Shown: positions 42,196 to 51,813, counted from the first letter of the stretch. The stretch: 64,000 bases of DNA from Arcobacteraceae bacterium (GCA_963662945.1 OY759974.1:1024001-1088000); one strand, 5' to 3'. Notes: a model not told the origin generated them from the letters alone. Translations and numbers: made by a program.

Positions 42196-42780
42196 ATGGC
42201 AAGATTAAAAAATAAAAGAACACTAAACTTCAAACCCTTTGTGAAAAGTTATATACCCGAAGCAAAAGAGTACACTGGCATTACACATATTTTACATGAA
42301 GAGATTGAAGCTATACATTTAATGGATGTTTTAGGTTTATATCAAGAAGATGCTGCAAAAAAAATGGAAGTATCAAGAACAACATTTACAAGAATTATCA
42401 AAAATGCTAGACAAAAATTGGCCAATGGACTTATTAGTGGACATAAAATTGATATCCAAGATAGTAAAAACAATTATATTGTAGCTATTTGCAGTGATAG
42501 TCAAAGTCTATTAACTAATATATCCCCAAATGAAAAACTTATTTTATATTTCAATTGTGAAAATGATAAAGTCACTCTTATAAAAACAATGAACAATCCA
42601 GTCAATCAAGATGATCAAAAACCTGCAATAGTATTACCAAACTTATTTATGGAAAACAATGTTAATTTTTTTATAAGCTCAAAAATTGGAGAAGGATTAA
42701 AAAATAGTTTAATCTCCAAAGGTATTTATCCTATAGAAAAGAAAGAAGTTACAACAAATGATTTAATTAGTTTAATATAA
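42196..42780 (+). CDS. DUF134 (UPF0251) HTH protein fused to a NifX-like domain
   Basis: EEIEAIHLMD..GLYQEDAAKKMEVSRTTF.RI..NARQKLA..L..G; C-terminal IGEG..NSL..KGI. Confidence 0.85.
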   Translation: MARLKNKRTLNFKPFVKSYIPEAKEYTGITHILHEEIEAIHLMDVLGLYQEDAAKKMEVSRTTFTRIIKNARQKLANGLISGHKIDIQDSKNNYIVAICSDSQSLLTNISPNEKLILYFNCENDKVTLIKTMNNPVNQDDQKPAIVLPNLFMENNVNFFISSKIGEGLKNSLISKGIYPIEKKEVTTNDLISLI

Positions 42781-42829
42781 TAGTATAAATACTTTTAAAG
42801 AGTATTCAACTATTTGTTTTTTTAATTCC

Positions 42830-42870
42830 ATAAAAAAAGGGGAAGATATCTAAATCTTCCCCTTTTTTAT
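42830..42870. terminator. Bidirectional intrinsic terminator between the DUF134 gene and the cco operon
   Basis: AAAAAAGGGGAAGAT-loop-ATCTTCCCCTTTTTT between convergent genes. Confidence 0.85.
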
Positions 42871-42888
42871 TTTCAATATTTTTAAATA

Positions 42889-42981
42889 TTAACCTACAAA
42901 CACTCTTGAAGAATCTAAAAATGATAACATAATAGTTACAACAGCTGTTATAGCTAATAAAATTCCAATTACTTTATCCAT
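42889..42981 (-). CDS. 30-aa single-TM protein ending the cco operon (not in ORF track)
   Basis: Translates to MDKVIGILLAITAVVTIMLSFLDSSRVFVG*; AAGGAG RBS upstream; ATG 2 nt after the DUF4006 stop. Confidence 0.8.
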   Translation of the reverse strand: MDKVIGILLAITAVVTIMLSFLDSSRVFVG

Positions 42982-42983
42982 CT

Positions 42984-43223
42984 CTATTCTCCTTTATTTT
43001 TCCACATTTTATGATTTTCAGGACTATTCATTTTTAATGCATTTAAGTCTTGATTAATCTCATAAAAGTTTTCGGCATTTGCTTGCTGAGTTGTTATTGC
43101 AAAGAAAGTTAATGTACCAAGAATAGACAATAATAAAACAGTAGCTATTAACATACCTGTAATACCATGTACTAAACTAAATAAACCTCTTTCAGAGTCA
43201 TTCATTTGTGTATTTCCTGCCAT
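42984..43223 (-). CDS. DUF4006 family small membrane protein (cco operon)
   Basis: ERGLFSLVHGITGMLIATVLLLSIL signature; directly after ccoP. Confidence 0.8.
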   Translation of the reverse strand: MAGNTQMNDSERGLFSLVHGITGMLIATVLLLSILGTLTFFAITTQQANAENFYEINQDLNALKMNSPENHKMWKNKGE

Positions 43224-43224
43224 A

Positions 43225-44175
43225 CTATTCTCCTATACTTCTTAAATAAGTAGCAACTGCTTTATCTTGAGTTTCAGTTAATCTTCCTTCAAAACTTGGC
43301 ATTGTACCTATCATACCTTTTTTACCATGTTTTAACACATTGATAACTAAAGTATTATCATATTGAGTAAGGTTTGGTGACATACCATCCATTCCTTTAC
43401 CATCCATTCCATGACATGAAGCACAAACACCTGCAAAAATATCTGCACCAGCACCTGCACCTTTCATACCATTTGCAACAAAGTTAGAAACAGCTTCTAT
43501 TTCTGAATCAGAAATAGGCATACCTGTATTAACATTAATTAAAGCTTCTTTAGCTGGCATAACACCCATACCATAACCTAAGTTACCTGCTGGATTTGCA
43601 CCTAAAGCTGCTGAACCTTTAGTAATAACATCTTTAACTTGCTCAACACTAATTCTTTTAGTTAAGTTATGAGCTTTACCTTGAATACCTTCACCATCAA
43701 CACCATGACAAGGAGCACATTGTACTAAGAATACAGATTGACCCATACCAGCAAGCTCTTGCTCTGTAATATTTGCCCATTTTGATTCAAATTTTGCATT
43801 GTACTCTAATGTCTCTTCATTGTACTGACCAATTTGTGAAAATTGACTTGTAGGATATCCTACAAAGAAATACCATAATTGCCAAACTAAAGTTGCAATA
43901 AATAGCATTCCCCAACCTACTGGAATGTTATTTTTGTATTCACCAATACCATCCCATTTTTCCTCAGCTAACTCACCAGTTGCTGTATCATTTTTAATTT
44001 GATTTACATACTTCAGTGCAACAAATACTGTAATACCAATAATTGCAACTCCACCAAGCATTGTAAGGTCGTTGATATAATCTTCACCTAGCGCGAATGA
44101 GTCACCTGCCATGAAGTAAGTTCCTGTCATAAGTGCTATGATAAGAATAATCCCACCTATTACCATAGATTTCAT
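43225..44175 (-). CDS. ccoP: cbb3-type cytochrome c oxidase subunit III
   Basis: WDGIGEYKN, two CxxCH (CAPCH, CASCH), MPSF. Confidence 0.95.
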   Translation of the reverse strand: MKSMVIGGIILIIALMTGTYFMAGDSFALGEDYINDLTMLGGVAIIGITVFVALKYVNQIKNDTATGELAEEKWDGIGEYKNNIPVGWGMLFIATLVWQLWYFFVGYPTSQFSQIGQYNEETLEYNAKFESKWANITEQELAGMGQSVFLVQCAPCHGVDGEGIQGKAHNLTKRISVEQVKDVITKGSAALGANPAGNLGYGMGVMPAKEALINVNTGMPISDSEIEAVSNFVANGMKGAGAGADIFAGVCASCHGMDGKGMDGMSPNLTQYDNTLVINVLKHGKKGMIGTMPSFEGRLTETQDKAVATYLRSIGE

Positions 44176-44221
44176 ATTAGCAATCTCCTTTTAATTTTTT
44201 AAATTAGTCTAAAAAATACAA

Positions 44222-44452
44222 CTATTTGTTGTCTTTTTTATCCTCTGTTTTTTTTCTCTCTTCTAAAGGCTTAGATTCTATACTATCATCTAAAACAAGA
44301 TTTGAATATTTTTCAAAATCTCGGTAATTTTTATCACCTTTTCTGTTTCTTTTGTAGATAGAAAATGCATAACTATAGAATACGATACAAACAAGTGCAA
44401 GTAGTGCAAATTTTGCATATCCTTGTATTGTCAATAGTGTTTCGTATTCCAT
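44222..44452 (-). CDS. ccoQ: cbb3-type cytochrome c oxidase subunit IV
   Basis: Single TM, RDFEKYSNLVLDD; between ccoO and ccoP. Confidence 0.88.
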   Translation of the reverse strand: MEYETLLTIQGYAKFALLALVCIVFYSYAFSIYKRNRKGDKNYRDFEKYSNLVLDDSIESKPLEERKKTEDKKDNK

Positions 44453-44461
44453 ATGTGACCT

Positions 44462-45127
44462 TTATTTTAGAGAATTTAAATATGCAATTAATGCAACTAT
44501 TTCTGGAATCTCACCAGCTGCAACTGCATCTTTTACGCTTTGGTTTTTCATATCAGCAGCAATAACTTTTGCATCTTCTAATGCAGCAGCTTTTGCTTCA
44601 TCCCATGAACCTAATTTTGGCATACCTTCTTTATCATATGGAACACTAAATACATGTTTTTGTGTATTAGCATTTGCATACGCTGTAGCAACATCTGCTT
44701 TATTTGTAAACATATGAGGATACGCAGGCATGATTGAACCTGGAACAACTTCAGCAGGAGCCATCATATGGTTTTCATGCCAATCTGTTGTTCTGTAATT
44801 TCCAACTCTTTGTAAATCTGGACCTGTTCTTTTTGATCCCCATAAAAATGGTCTATCATAAGCATATTCACCAGATAGTGAGTACATACCATATCTATCA
44901 GTTTCTGATTTAAATGGTCTAATTAATTGTGAATGACAAGCATTACAACTATCTTTTATATAAACTTGTCTACCAGCTAATTCTAAAACAGAGTATGGTT
45001 TAGTATTAACTAAAGGTTGAGAAGCTTTAGCAAAATCTGGTAAAACTTCAACAAGTCCTGCAAATGCAACTGTTAAAAATAAAACTACCGTAAAGAAAAA
45101 CGGTCTTTGTTCTAACCAATGAAACAT
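44462..45127 (-). CDS. ccoO: cbb3-type cytochrome c oxidase subunit II
   Basis: CNACHSQLIRPF, WGSKRTGPDL, SIMPAY. Confidence 0.97.
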   Translation of the reverse strand: MFHWLEQRPFFFTVVLFLTVAFAGLVEVLPDFAKASQPLVNTKPYSVLELAGRQVYIKDSCNACHSQLIRPFKSETDRYGMYSLSGEYAYDRPFLWGSKRTGPDLQRVGNYRTTDWHENHMMAPAEVVPGSIMPAYPHMFTNKADVATAYANANTQKHVFSVPYDKEGMPKLGSWDEAKAAALEDAKVIAADMKNQSVKDAVAAGEIPEIVALIAYLNSLK

Positions 45128-45142
45128 AATAACCCCCTTCTC

Positions 45143-46621
45143 TTAAGCGCCCATAGGCGATGCATTTGTAGGTTCTTTATCAAGAATTCTACCTGCAGTA
45201 GCTGTTTTATACATATTGTATGCAAACATAAAGAAACCAATTAAGTATAATAATCCACCAACTGCTCTAATTGTGTAGTAAGGGTGAAGTACTGTAACTG
45301 TATCAATAAATGAGTATAATAAAGAACCATATTCATCATATGCTCTCCACATCATACCTTGTGTAATACCTGCAATCCACATAGATGTAAAGTATAATAC
45401 AATAGCTGTTGTTTGTAACCAGAATTGTGTTTCCATTAATGACTTAGAGTAAATTTCTCTTCCGTACATTCTTGGCGCCATATGGAATAATGCTGCCATT
45501 ACCATAAATACAACCCATCCTAATACACCATCATGTACGTGTCCTGGAATCCAGTCAGTAAAGTGTGCAATAGCATTAACAGATTTAATAGCTTGGATTG
45601 GACCTTCTATTGTTGATAACATATAGAATGTAGAAGCCATAACCATAAATTTAATTAATGGAGATGATTGTAATTGACCCCACTCACCTTTCATAGTTAA
45701 AAGCATATTAATAGCAGAACCCCATGATGGTAAAATAAGTACAACTGACATTACAGAACCCATAGTTTGCATCCAATCAGGAACAGTAGAGTACACTAAG
45801 TGGTGCCCACCAGCCCATAAGTAAACAAACATTAATCCCCAGAATGCAAGAATAGAAAGTTTATAAGAATAAACATTTTGTCCAGATTCTTTTGGTAAGA
45901 AGTAATAAATCATCGCAATAATTGGTGTAGTAAATACGAATGCAACAGCATTGTGTCCAAACCACCATTGTACTAGCGCATCATTTGTACCTGCATACAT
46001 AGATATAGAGTGAATCCAACTACTTGGAGCACCGTTTGCGAATAACATTGTTGGAACTTCCATGTTGTTAAATAAATATAACATTGCAACAGCAACGAAA
46101 CATGCAATAAAGTACCATAAAGAGATATATAATGTTCTCTCTCTTCTAATACCAATTAATCCAAAAATTGAAATACCGAATAAAACCCACCAAACTACAA
46201 CTAGTAAATCTATTGGCCATTCTAATTCAGCATACTCTTTTGATGTAGTAATACCAGAAATTAGTGTTACAACAGCTAAAAGAATTGTAATGAAATATAA
46301 AGCAAAATGTAATTTTGCTACACCCATTAAAAATGGTGACTCTTTTAAAGACACCTTTAATACTCTTTGCCCGATATAGTACCAAGAAGCAAAAATACCA
46401 CTTAAAGTAAATCCATACGCTACACCATTTGTGTGTAAAGGTCTTAATCTACTGAAAGTACCATATTCTCCAGCTAAATTACTTAAGCTTGGAAATGCTA
46501 ATTGGAACGCTAGTATAACACCTACTGTCATACCAATAATACCAAACAAAATTGTTGCAAAAGTAAAAGCTTTTGTTATCGAGTAATCGTACTCAATTGG
46601 TTGTGCATTGTCTTGCATCAA
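45143..46621 (-). CDS. ccoN: cbb3-type cytochrome c oxidase subunit I
   Basis: RLRPLHTN, QWWFGHNAVAF, WAGGHH, HFTDWIPGHVH. Confidence 0.98.
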   Translation of the reverse strand: MMQDNAQPIEYDYSITKAFTFATILFGIIGMTVGVILAFQLAFPSLSNLAGEYGTFSRLRPLHTNGVAYGFTLSGIFASWYYIGQRVLKVSLKESPFLMGVAKLHFALYFITILLAVVTLISGITTSKEYAELEWPIDLLVVVWWVLFGISIFGLIGIRRERTLYISLWYFIACFVAVAMLYLFNNMEVPTMLFANGAPSSWIHSISMYAGTNDALVQWWFGHNAVAFVFTTPIIAMIYYFLPKESGQNVYSYKLSILAFWGLMFVYLWAGGHHLVYSTVPDWMQTMGSVMSVVLILPSWGSAINMLLTMKGEWGQLQSSPLIKFMVMASTFYMLSTIEGPIQAIKSVNAIAHFTDWIPGHVHDGVLGWVVFMVMAALFHMAPRMYGREIYSKSLMETQFWLQTTAIVLYFTSMWIAGITQGMMWRAYDEYGSLLYSFIDTVTVLHPYYTIRAVGGLLYLIGFFMFAYNMYKTATAGRILDKEPTNASPMGA

Positions 46622-46831
46622 TCTCCTCCTAAAGTTTAAAATAAAGTCACGAATTCGCCACTTATGATGGCATTTTAACAGATTAAAATTTAAATCAATC
46701 TGAATTAGTTAATTGTTTGTTAATTTATTTTAATTAAATTAAATATTTAATTTTTATTTAAGATATAATTTAATCTAGAATTAAGAATTGGTAATGTATA
46801 GTTCTATCATAAGTTATTTAAAGGAGATGCA

Positions 46832-47581
46832 ATGAGTAGCAAAATAACAAAAGGAATTATATCATTCTTAAGTATGGTTTTCATTATTGGTTCTGCATAT
46901 GCAGATGAAAAAAAAGTTGTAGATCCTATGCTGGCTATACCTACAGCCCAAGCACATCAAACAATTGATAAAACAATACAAGATTTGGCAAATAGGTTAT
47001 TCTCAAGCAGTAAAATATCAAAAGAAGCTATTAATGATATTGCTATCACATCTTTTGTTGATTTACACCAATTTGATAAAACTACTCATTTCGGACGAAC
47101 TTTATCAGAGGGATTTTTTGATGAACTCTTCATACGAGGATTTCATGTAAGTGATTTTAGAGGGCAAGGGACTCTTTCTATTAATAAAGAAGGAGAATAT
47201 TTTCTTACACGAGATGTAAAGTTACTTAATAAAGATGTACAAAGTGATTATGTTCTAGTAGGAACATACACTATATTTGAAAATAAAGTTTTAATCAATG
47301 CTAGAATTATGGATAATCAGAATGGAAGAATTTTAGCAAGTGCAAGAGCAAATTATATTACAAATGATTGTAATGTATTACAAAACTGTAAAAAACCTCG
47401 AATAATCAACATTGTTTCAGATGCATATAAAAAGAATAGCTCAAGAGAAAATGTAAGTGTTGTTGATAAAAAAGAGATAAGTTTAAAACAACATTTTGTA
47501 AAAAAACAATTAGATGAACAAGAAGAAGTTATGGAAGTAAAAACAAAAACACCATTTCCTCTTGTGAACCTTATTAAATAA
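46832..47581 (+). CDS. FlgO-domain exported protein (paralogue 1)
   Basis: Signal peptide (AYA); ITSFVDL..FGRTLSE, V.DFRG, GEYFLTRD, YVLVGTY, INARI. Confidence 0.78.
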   Translation: MSSKITKGIISFLSMVFIIGSAYADEKKVVDPMLAIPTAQAHQTIDKTIQDLANRLFSSSKISKEAINDIAITSFVDLHQFDKTTHFGRTLSEGFFDELFIRGFHVSDFRGQGTLSINKEGEYFLTRDVKLLNKDVQSDYVLVGTYTIFENKVLINARIMDNQNGRILASARANYITNDCNVLQNCKKPRIINIVSDAYKKNSSRENVSVVDKKEISLKQHFVKKQLDEQEEVMEVKTKTPFPLVNLIK

Positions 47582-47591
47582 AGGATAAATA

Positions 47592-48797
47592 ATGTTAAAA
47601 AATATACTCAAACTAACTTCTGTTGCAATTTTATCAACAACTAGTTTAGTTGCAGACAAAGTAACTATATCAAATGATGGAACGGGCGATTTTCTTATAT
47701 CACCTTTATATATAGCAAAAGGGGATATTTGTAGCGAAGTTAAAATTTTCAATACAAATGAAACTAGTTCAATTTTAGCAAAAGTTGTATTCAGAGAAAA
47801 AATTGCTTCACACGAAGTTGATTTACCAATATTTTTGTCTCCTGGTGATGTTTGGGCTGGAAAAGTATGTGAGATAGATAATAAAATTATTTTAAAAAGT
47901 GATGATGACTCAAATCATCCAGCAGCATTAGAAACTCTTGCTAAAGGTAAAGATTTAACTGAACATAGTAAAAATGCAGGTTACAGAAATGTAGATGTTG
48001 CACGAGGATATGTAGAAATAAATGGTAAATCTTTTGAAATCAAAGAACAAGAAAAAGATAATCTTGATTTTTCAAGAGGTTATGTAGAAGTTTATCCTAT
48101 TGCACAATATTATGAAGGTAGTAGAAAAAAGGTTCCAAAGAACTTTTTAGTTGACAGATGGGATAGATTAATTGATAAAGATAAATCAAATCCAAAACTC
48201 AGTAAATTTGGTATTGATAGTTTTAGCTTAAGTGGACTAGTTTCATTTCAAACAGAAAATCAAGAAACAGCATCAATTCCTATGACTGCATTTAAAGGTG
48301 CGCATGATAAATTAGTTCTTGGAGAGGCAATTAATTACAGCAGTCAAGCAAAACCTGAAGAACTTTTAGGGAAAGATAAAGTAAAAGAAATATTGACACT
48401 TTTACAAAATGAAAGATTTTCATTTACTTATGATAATGCAGGTGATTGTCAATATATTAATATTGTTTTTCCTTTCAGCCATAAAGAGAAACAGTCAAGA
48501 AAGTTCAAATTTACTATTAGAGATATGAATGAAAATAAATATACTATGATATTTTCACCTCGATCTAATATCGTAAATGAGGTTGGATATATTCCTGTAA
48601 GTGATTTAATTAAACTTACAAGAGACACTGTTAAATATAATAAAGGAATGGTGCAAATCACAGCTTTAACAAATAATGATGAAGTACAATTAGGACAAAA
48701 TCAAACAGCATCAATTATTCCAACTATTTCAAGAATAAAACCAATAGGTGGAAAAGACATTATGATTAATGCAAGTTATTTACCAACTAGAAAATAA
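47592..48797 (+). CDS. Secreted hypothetical protein, possibly a cell-surface protein
   Basis: Sec signal peptide; 401 aa; DGTGDFLISPLY, FRE...IFLSPGDVW, RGYVE twice. Confidence 0.6.
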   Translation: MLKNILKLTSVAILSTTSLVADKVTISNDGTGDFLISPLYIAKGDICSEVKIFNTNETSSILAKVVFREKIASHEVDLPIFLSPGDVWAGKVCEIDNKIILKSDDDSNHPAALETLAKGKDLTEHSKNAGYRNVDVARGYVEINGKSFEIKEQEKDNLDFSRGYVEVYPIAQYYEGSRKKVPKNFLVDRWDRLIDKDKSNPKLSKFGIDSFSLSGLVSFQTENQETASIPMTAFKGAHDKLVLGEAINYSSQAKPEELLGKDKVKEILTLLQNERFSFTYDNAGDCQYINIVFPFSHKEKQSRKFKFTIRDMNENKYTMIFSPRSNIVNEVGYIPVSDLIKLTRDTVKYNKGMVQITALTNNDEVQLGQNQTASIIPTISRIKPIGGKDIMINASYLPTRK

Positions 48798-48865
48798 CTT
48801 GCTTTAACTTTTCTTAAATAAAAAAACAATATAATCTCTCAGTAAATTTATACTGAGAGGTTTTT

Positions 48866-49594
48866 ATGAAATATATTCTATCAATTGCATTCGTAACTTT
48901 ATTCTTTAGTGGTTGTTTTCAAAATACACCGTTTAATAATGAACCAAAAACATACAAAGAGAAAGTTATTCAAGAGGTAAGAAGTGCGGATTATAACCAA
49001 CCTTATGCTAAAACACACAATATCTATCAAGATTTAAATGGTGCCATTGTATCTATAGGTGATCAGCTATTTACATCAAATATATTTTCAGAAAAAGAAC
49101 CAACAAGTATTATCCTAACATCATTTGTTAACCTAAATGAGCTTGAAAGAACAAGTACTTTTGGACGAGTATTAAGTGAAAGTATGTTTAATGAACTTCA
49201 TATTCGACACTTTAAAGTAACAGATTTTAGAGGTCAAGATGCAGTATCAGTAAATGCAAATGGTGAGTTTCACATAACAAGAGATGTAGATAGATTAAAA
49301 GATCATATTAGTGCAACAGAATACATAGTTGTAGGTACATATGTAAAATTTGAAAATGATAGTGTATTATTAAATGCTAGAATTTTAGATTCTGAGAATG
49401 GTGCAATTATTTCAACTGCAAGAGTTATTTATACGCCAAAAGATTGTAAGCTTTATAATCTATGTAATATAAAAGAAGCTGATATTAAACCAGCTGATTT
49501 TGGTATTAATATCGTTAAAGACAAATGTTCAGGTGATAATTGTCCAGCAAAAAAATGTAAAGATGGAATATGCGACGAATCAGCATTATATTAA
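48866..49594 (+). CDS. FlgO-domain lipoprotein (paralogue 2)
   Basis: Lipobox FSGC; LTSFVNL..TSTFGRVLSE, DFRG, GEFHITRD, VVGTY, LNARI; Cys-rich tail. Confidence 0.8.
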   Translation: MKYILSIAFVTLFFSGCFQNTPFNNEPKTYKEKVIQEVRSADYNQPYAKTHNIYQDLNGAIVSIGDQLFTSNIFSEKEPTSIILTSFVNLNELERTSTFGRVLSESMFNELHIRHFKVTDFRGQDAVSVNANGEFHITRDVDRLKDHISATEYIVVGTYVKFENDSVLLNARILDSENGAIISTARVIYTPKDCKLYNLCNIKEADIKPADFGINIVKDKCSGDNCPAKKCKDGICDESALY

Positions 49595-50169
49595 TACTAT
49601 CGTTTCTATTCAATGGGTGTACCCTTATTAAAGAGGGTGAAGATTCTTTTAAATTTAAGTATTTACATCTTACAACAACAACAAATTTTGATACATTAAC
49701 AAAAAATTTATTGCAACAACTTTGTCCAACAATTTCTAGTGTTAACAAAAGTAAAACTCCGCTATATGTAGTTGATTTTGTAAATTTACAAGATTTACAA
49801 AATAATTCAGAATTAGGTTTTATGTTATCGGATGAATTAAAAACACAAGTTACGCAAGTATGTAATATGCCTATTTATGCTATAGAATATTCAAAATATC
49901 TTAAAATTGGTCCAAATGGTACGAAGTTTTTATCAAGAGATTTAGATGAGTTAAATAATCAAAAAATCAATCGAAATACCTATGCGCTTGTTGGAACATA
50001 TGCATTTACACAAAGACAACTTATCTTATACCTAAAACTTATTGATTTAAATACTGGTGTTATAATAAAGTCTGCAACTCAAAAAACACTTATAACAGAT
50101 GAAATTATACATTTAGAAAAGAAAAGCAAAGCTTCTCAAAACACTATTTACGCTCCAGTAGTTCTTTAA
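49570..50169 (+). CDS. FlgO-domain lipoprotein (paralogue 3, more divergent)
   Basis: Lipobox FNGC; VDFVNL..SELGFMLSDE, FLSRD, LVGTY. Confidence 0.72.
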   Translation: MRRISIILILSFLFNGCTLIKEGEDSFKFKYLHLTTTTNFDTLTKNLLQQLCPTISSVNKSKTPLYVVDFVNLQDLQNNSELGFMLSDELKTQVTQVCNMPIYAIEYSKYLKIGPNGTKFLSRDLDELNNQKINRNTYALVGTYAFTQRQLILYLKLIDLNTGVIIKSATQKTLITDEIIHLEKKSKASQNTIYAPVVL

Positions 50170-50181
50170 AAAATTAAAGAG

Positions 50182-51126
50182 TTATAATAACTCTTTAATT
50201 GCATCGATAAATGTCTCATTATCATTAATACATTTACAAACTCTGTATTCTTTTATACCTAATTCTTTTGCAAGTTCTCTATATTCTATATCAAGTTCAA
50301 AAACTGTTTCACTGTTATCAATTATAAAAGAGATAGGATAAATAATCACTTTTTCCCCTTTAAAATGTTTTAGCATCTCTTCTAAACTAGGTCTTAACCA
50401 CTTCATTGGTCCTACTTTTGATTGGTATGCTAAATTAATTGATTTTATTTTTGTTGCATAATGTGTTAATTTTTCTTTTAAAATTTCAACATGCTCTTCA
50501 ACTTGTTTTTGATAAGGATCTCCATTATTTACAATTTTCTGTGGCAACCCATGTGCTGAAAAAATAATATGAAAATCATTATATTTTCCTTGAACTCTAA
50601 TAATCTCATCACAAATGGCTTTATTGTAAAGTTCTTTTTTATAAAAAGGTTCTATCACTGTAATATTAAACTCTTCCTCTTGAGCTTTTAACATAAAATC
50701 ATCAATACTAGATTTTACAGTAGTTGTAGAATATTGGGGATACAGTGGAAGTAAAATCACATCTTTAATATTTTGTTCTTTAATTCTTGCAATAGCAGTT
50801 TGTGAAAAAGGTGAAGTATATCTCATTGCATCTGTTATAAAATACTCTGGTAATTCTTTTTCTAATTTTTCTATTAGTTTATTCGTCAATTCATGTAAAG
50901 GAGAAGCTCCCCCAATCTCTTCATAGTTTTTCCAAGCTTTATTTAATCTAAATGTTACAATCAAAGAAGCTAACATGGAACGTATTGTTGTATTTTTTAA
51001 TGTTAATATATTTTCATCATTAAACATATTTGTTAAAAATACTTCTAGTTCATCTTTGCTTCTAGCTGCACCCATATTTAATAATACTAACGCTTTTTTA
51101 TAAATCAAATTCTTCGAATGTGTCAT
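50182..51126 (-). CDS. hemH: Ferrochelatase
   Basis: LLNMG, AMRY, LPLYPQYS, FSAHGLP, GDPY, YQSKVGPMKWLRP, DNSET..ELD. Confidence 0.96.
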   Translation of the reverse strand: MTHSKNLIYKKALVLLNMGAARSKDELEVFLTNMFNDENILTLKNTTIRSMLASLIVTFRLNKAWKNYEEIGGASPLHELTNKLIEKLEKELPEYFITDAMRYTSPFSQTAIARIKEQNIKDVILLPLYPQYSTTTVKSSIDDFMLKAQEEEFNITVIEPFYKKELYNKAICDEIIRVQGKYNDFHIIFSAHGLPQKIVNNGDPYQKQVEEHVEILKEKLTHYATKIKSINLAYQSKVGPMKWLRPSLEEMLKHFKGEKVIIYPISFIIDNSETVFELDIEYRELAKELGIKEYRVCKCINDNETFIDAIKELL

Positions 51127-51133
51127 TTATATC

Positions 51134-51736
51134 CTATTTATTGTCTATATTTATTATTGTGTCACTACACCAAGAAGCCAATGCTTTGTCGTGCGTAATT
51201 AAAAGAATACCAAACCTATCTAAAAAAGAGATTAACATCTTCATAGTCTCTAATGCTGTAATATTATCTAAAGCACTTGTAGGTTCATCGGCAAGCAGTA
51301 AATCTGGTTTTATTAATACAGCTCGTAAAATACTACAACGTTGTAATTGACCACCACTAAGTTCATGTGGTTTTTTATAAATTAATTCTTTTTGTAAATC
51401 TAATTTTTGCAAAATTTCGTATAATTCTGTAGTTGTATAACTTTCAACTACATCATTTATTTGTTCGATTATACTGTATGTTGGATGAAAGGAACTATAC
51501 GGATCTTGATAAATAGAAGCTACTTTTTTTGTTTTTATTTCACCTTGAAAAGGCTGTAAATTATTCGTTATTAATTCAAATAAAGTTGACTTACCACTTC
51601 CACTTACCCCTACTATAGAGATTATTTCATTCTTATTTAATTTTAAAGAGAAGTCATTATATATAAGTTTTTCTTTTTTATATCCAAAACTGATACTTTT
51701 AATCTCTAGTACACTATTATTTTTCATAAATGACAT
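51134..51736 (-). CDS. ABC transporter ATP-binding protein (no adjacent permease)
   Basis: GVSGSGKST, LSGGQLQR, ADEPTSALD, ITHD. Confidence 0.92.
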   Translation of the reverse strand: MSFMKNNSVLEIKSISFGYKKEKLIYNDFSLKLNKNEIISIVGVSGSGKSTLFELITNNLQPFQGEIKTKKVASIYQDPYSSFHPTYSIIEQINDVVESYTTTELYEILQKLDLQKELIYKKPHELSGGQLQRCSILRAVLIKPDLLLADEPTSALDNITALETMKMLISFLDRFGILLITHDKALASWCSDTIINIDNK

Positions 51737-51813
51737 TCTATCTTAATTTTTATAAGATAAGTTAAAGTAAATTACTTGTATTATTTGTGAAACAAAAATT
51801 TAGGAGATATAAT

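Noticed and set aside
46679-46753. Half FNR-like site (AAAAT-N4-ATCAA) and an 18-bp AT-only palindrome in the ccoN/FlgO intergenic region
   Set aside because: The region is extremely AT-rich, so such matches are expected by chance; only one half-site fits
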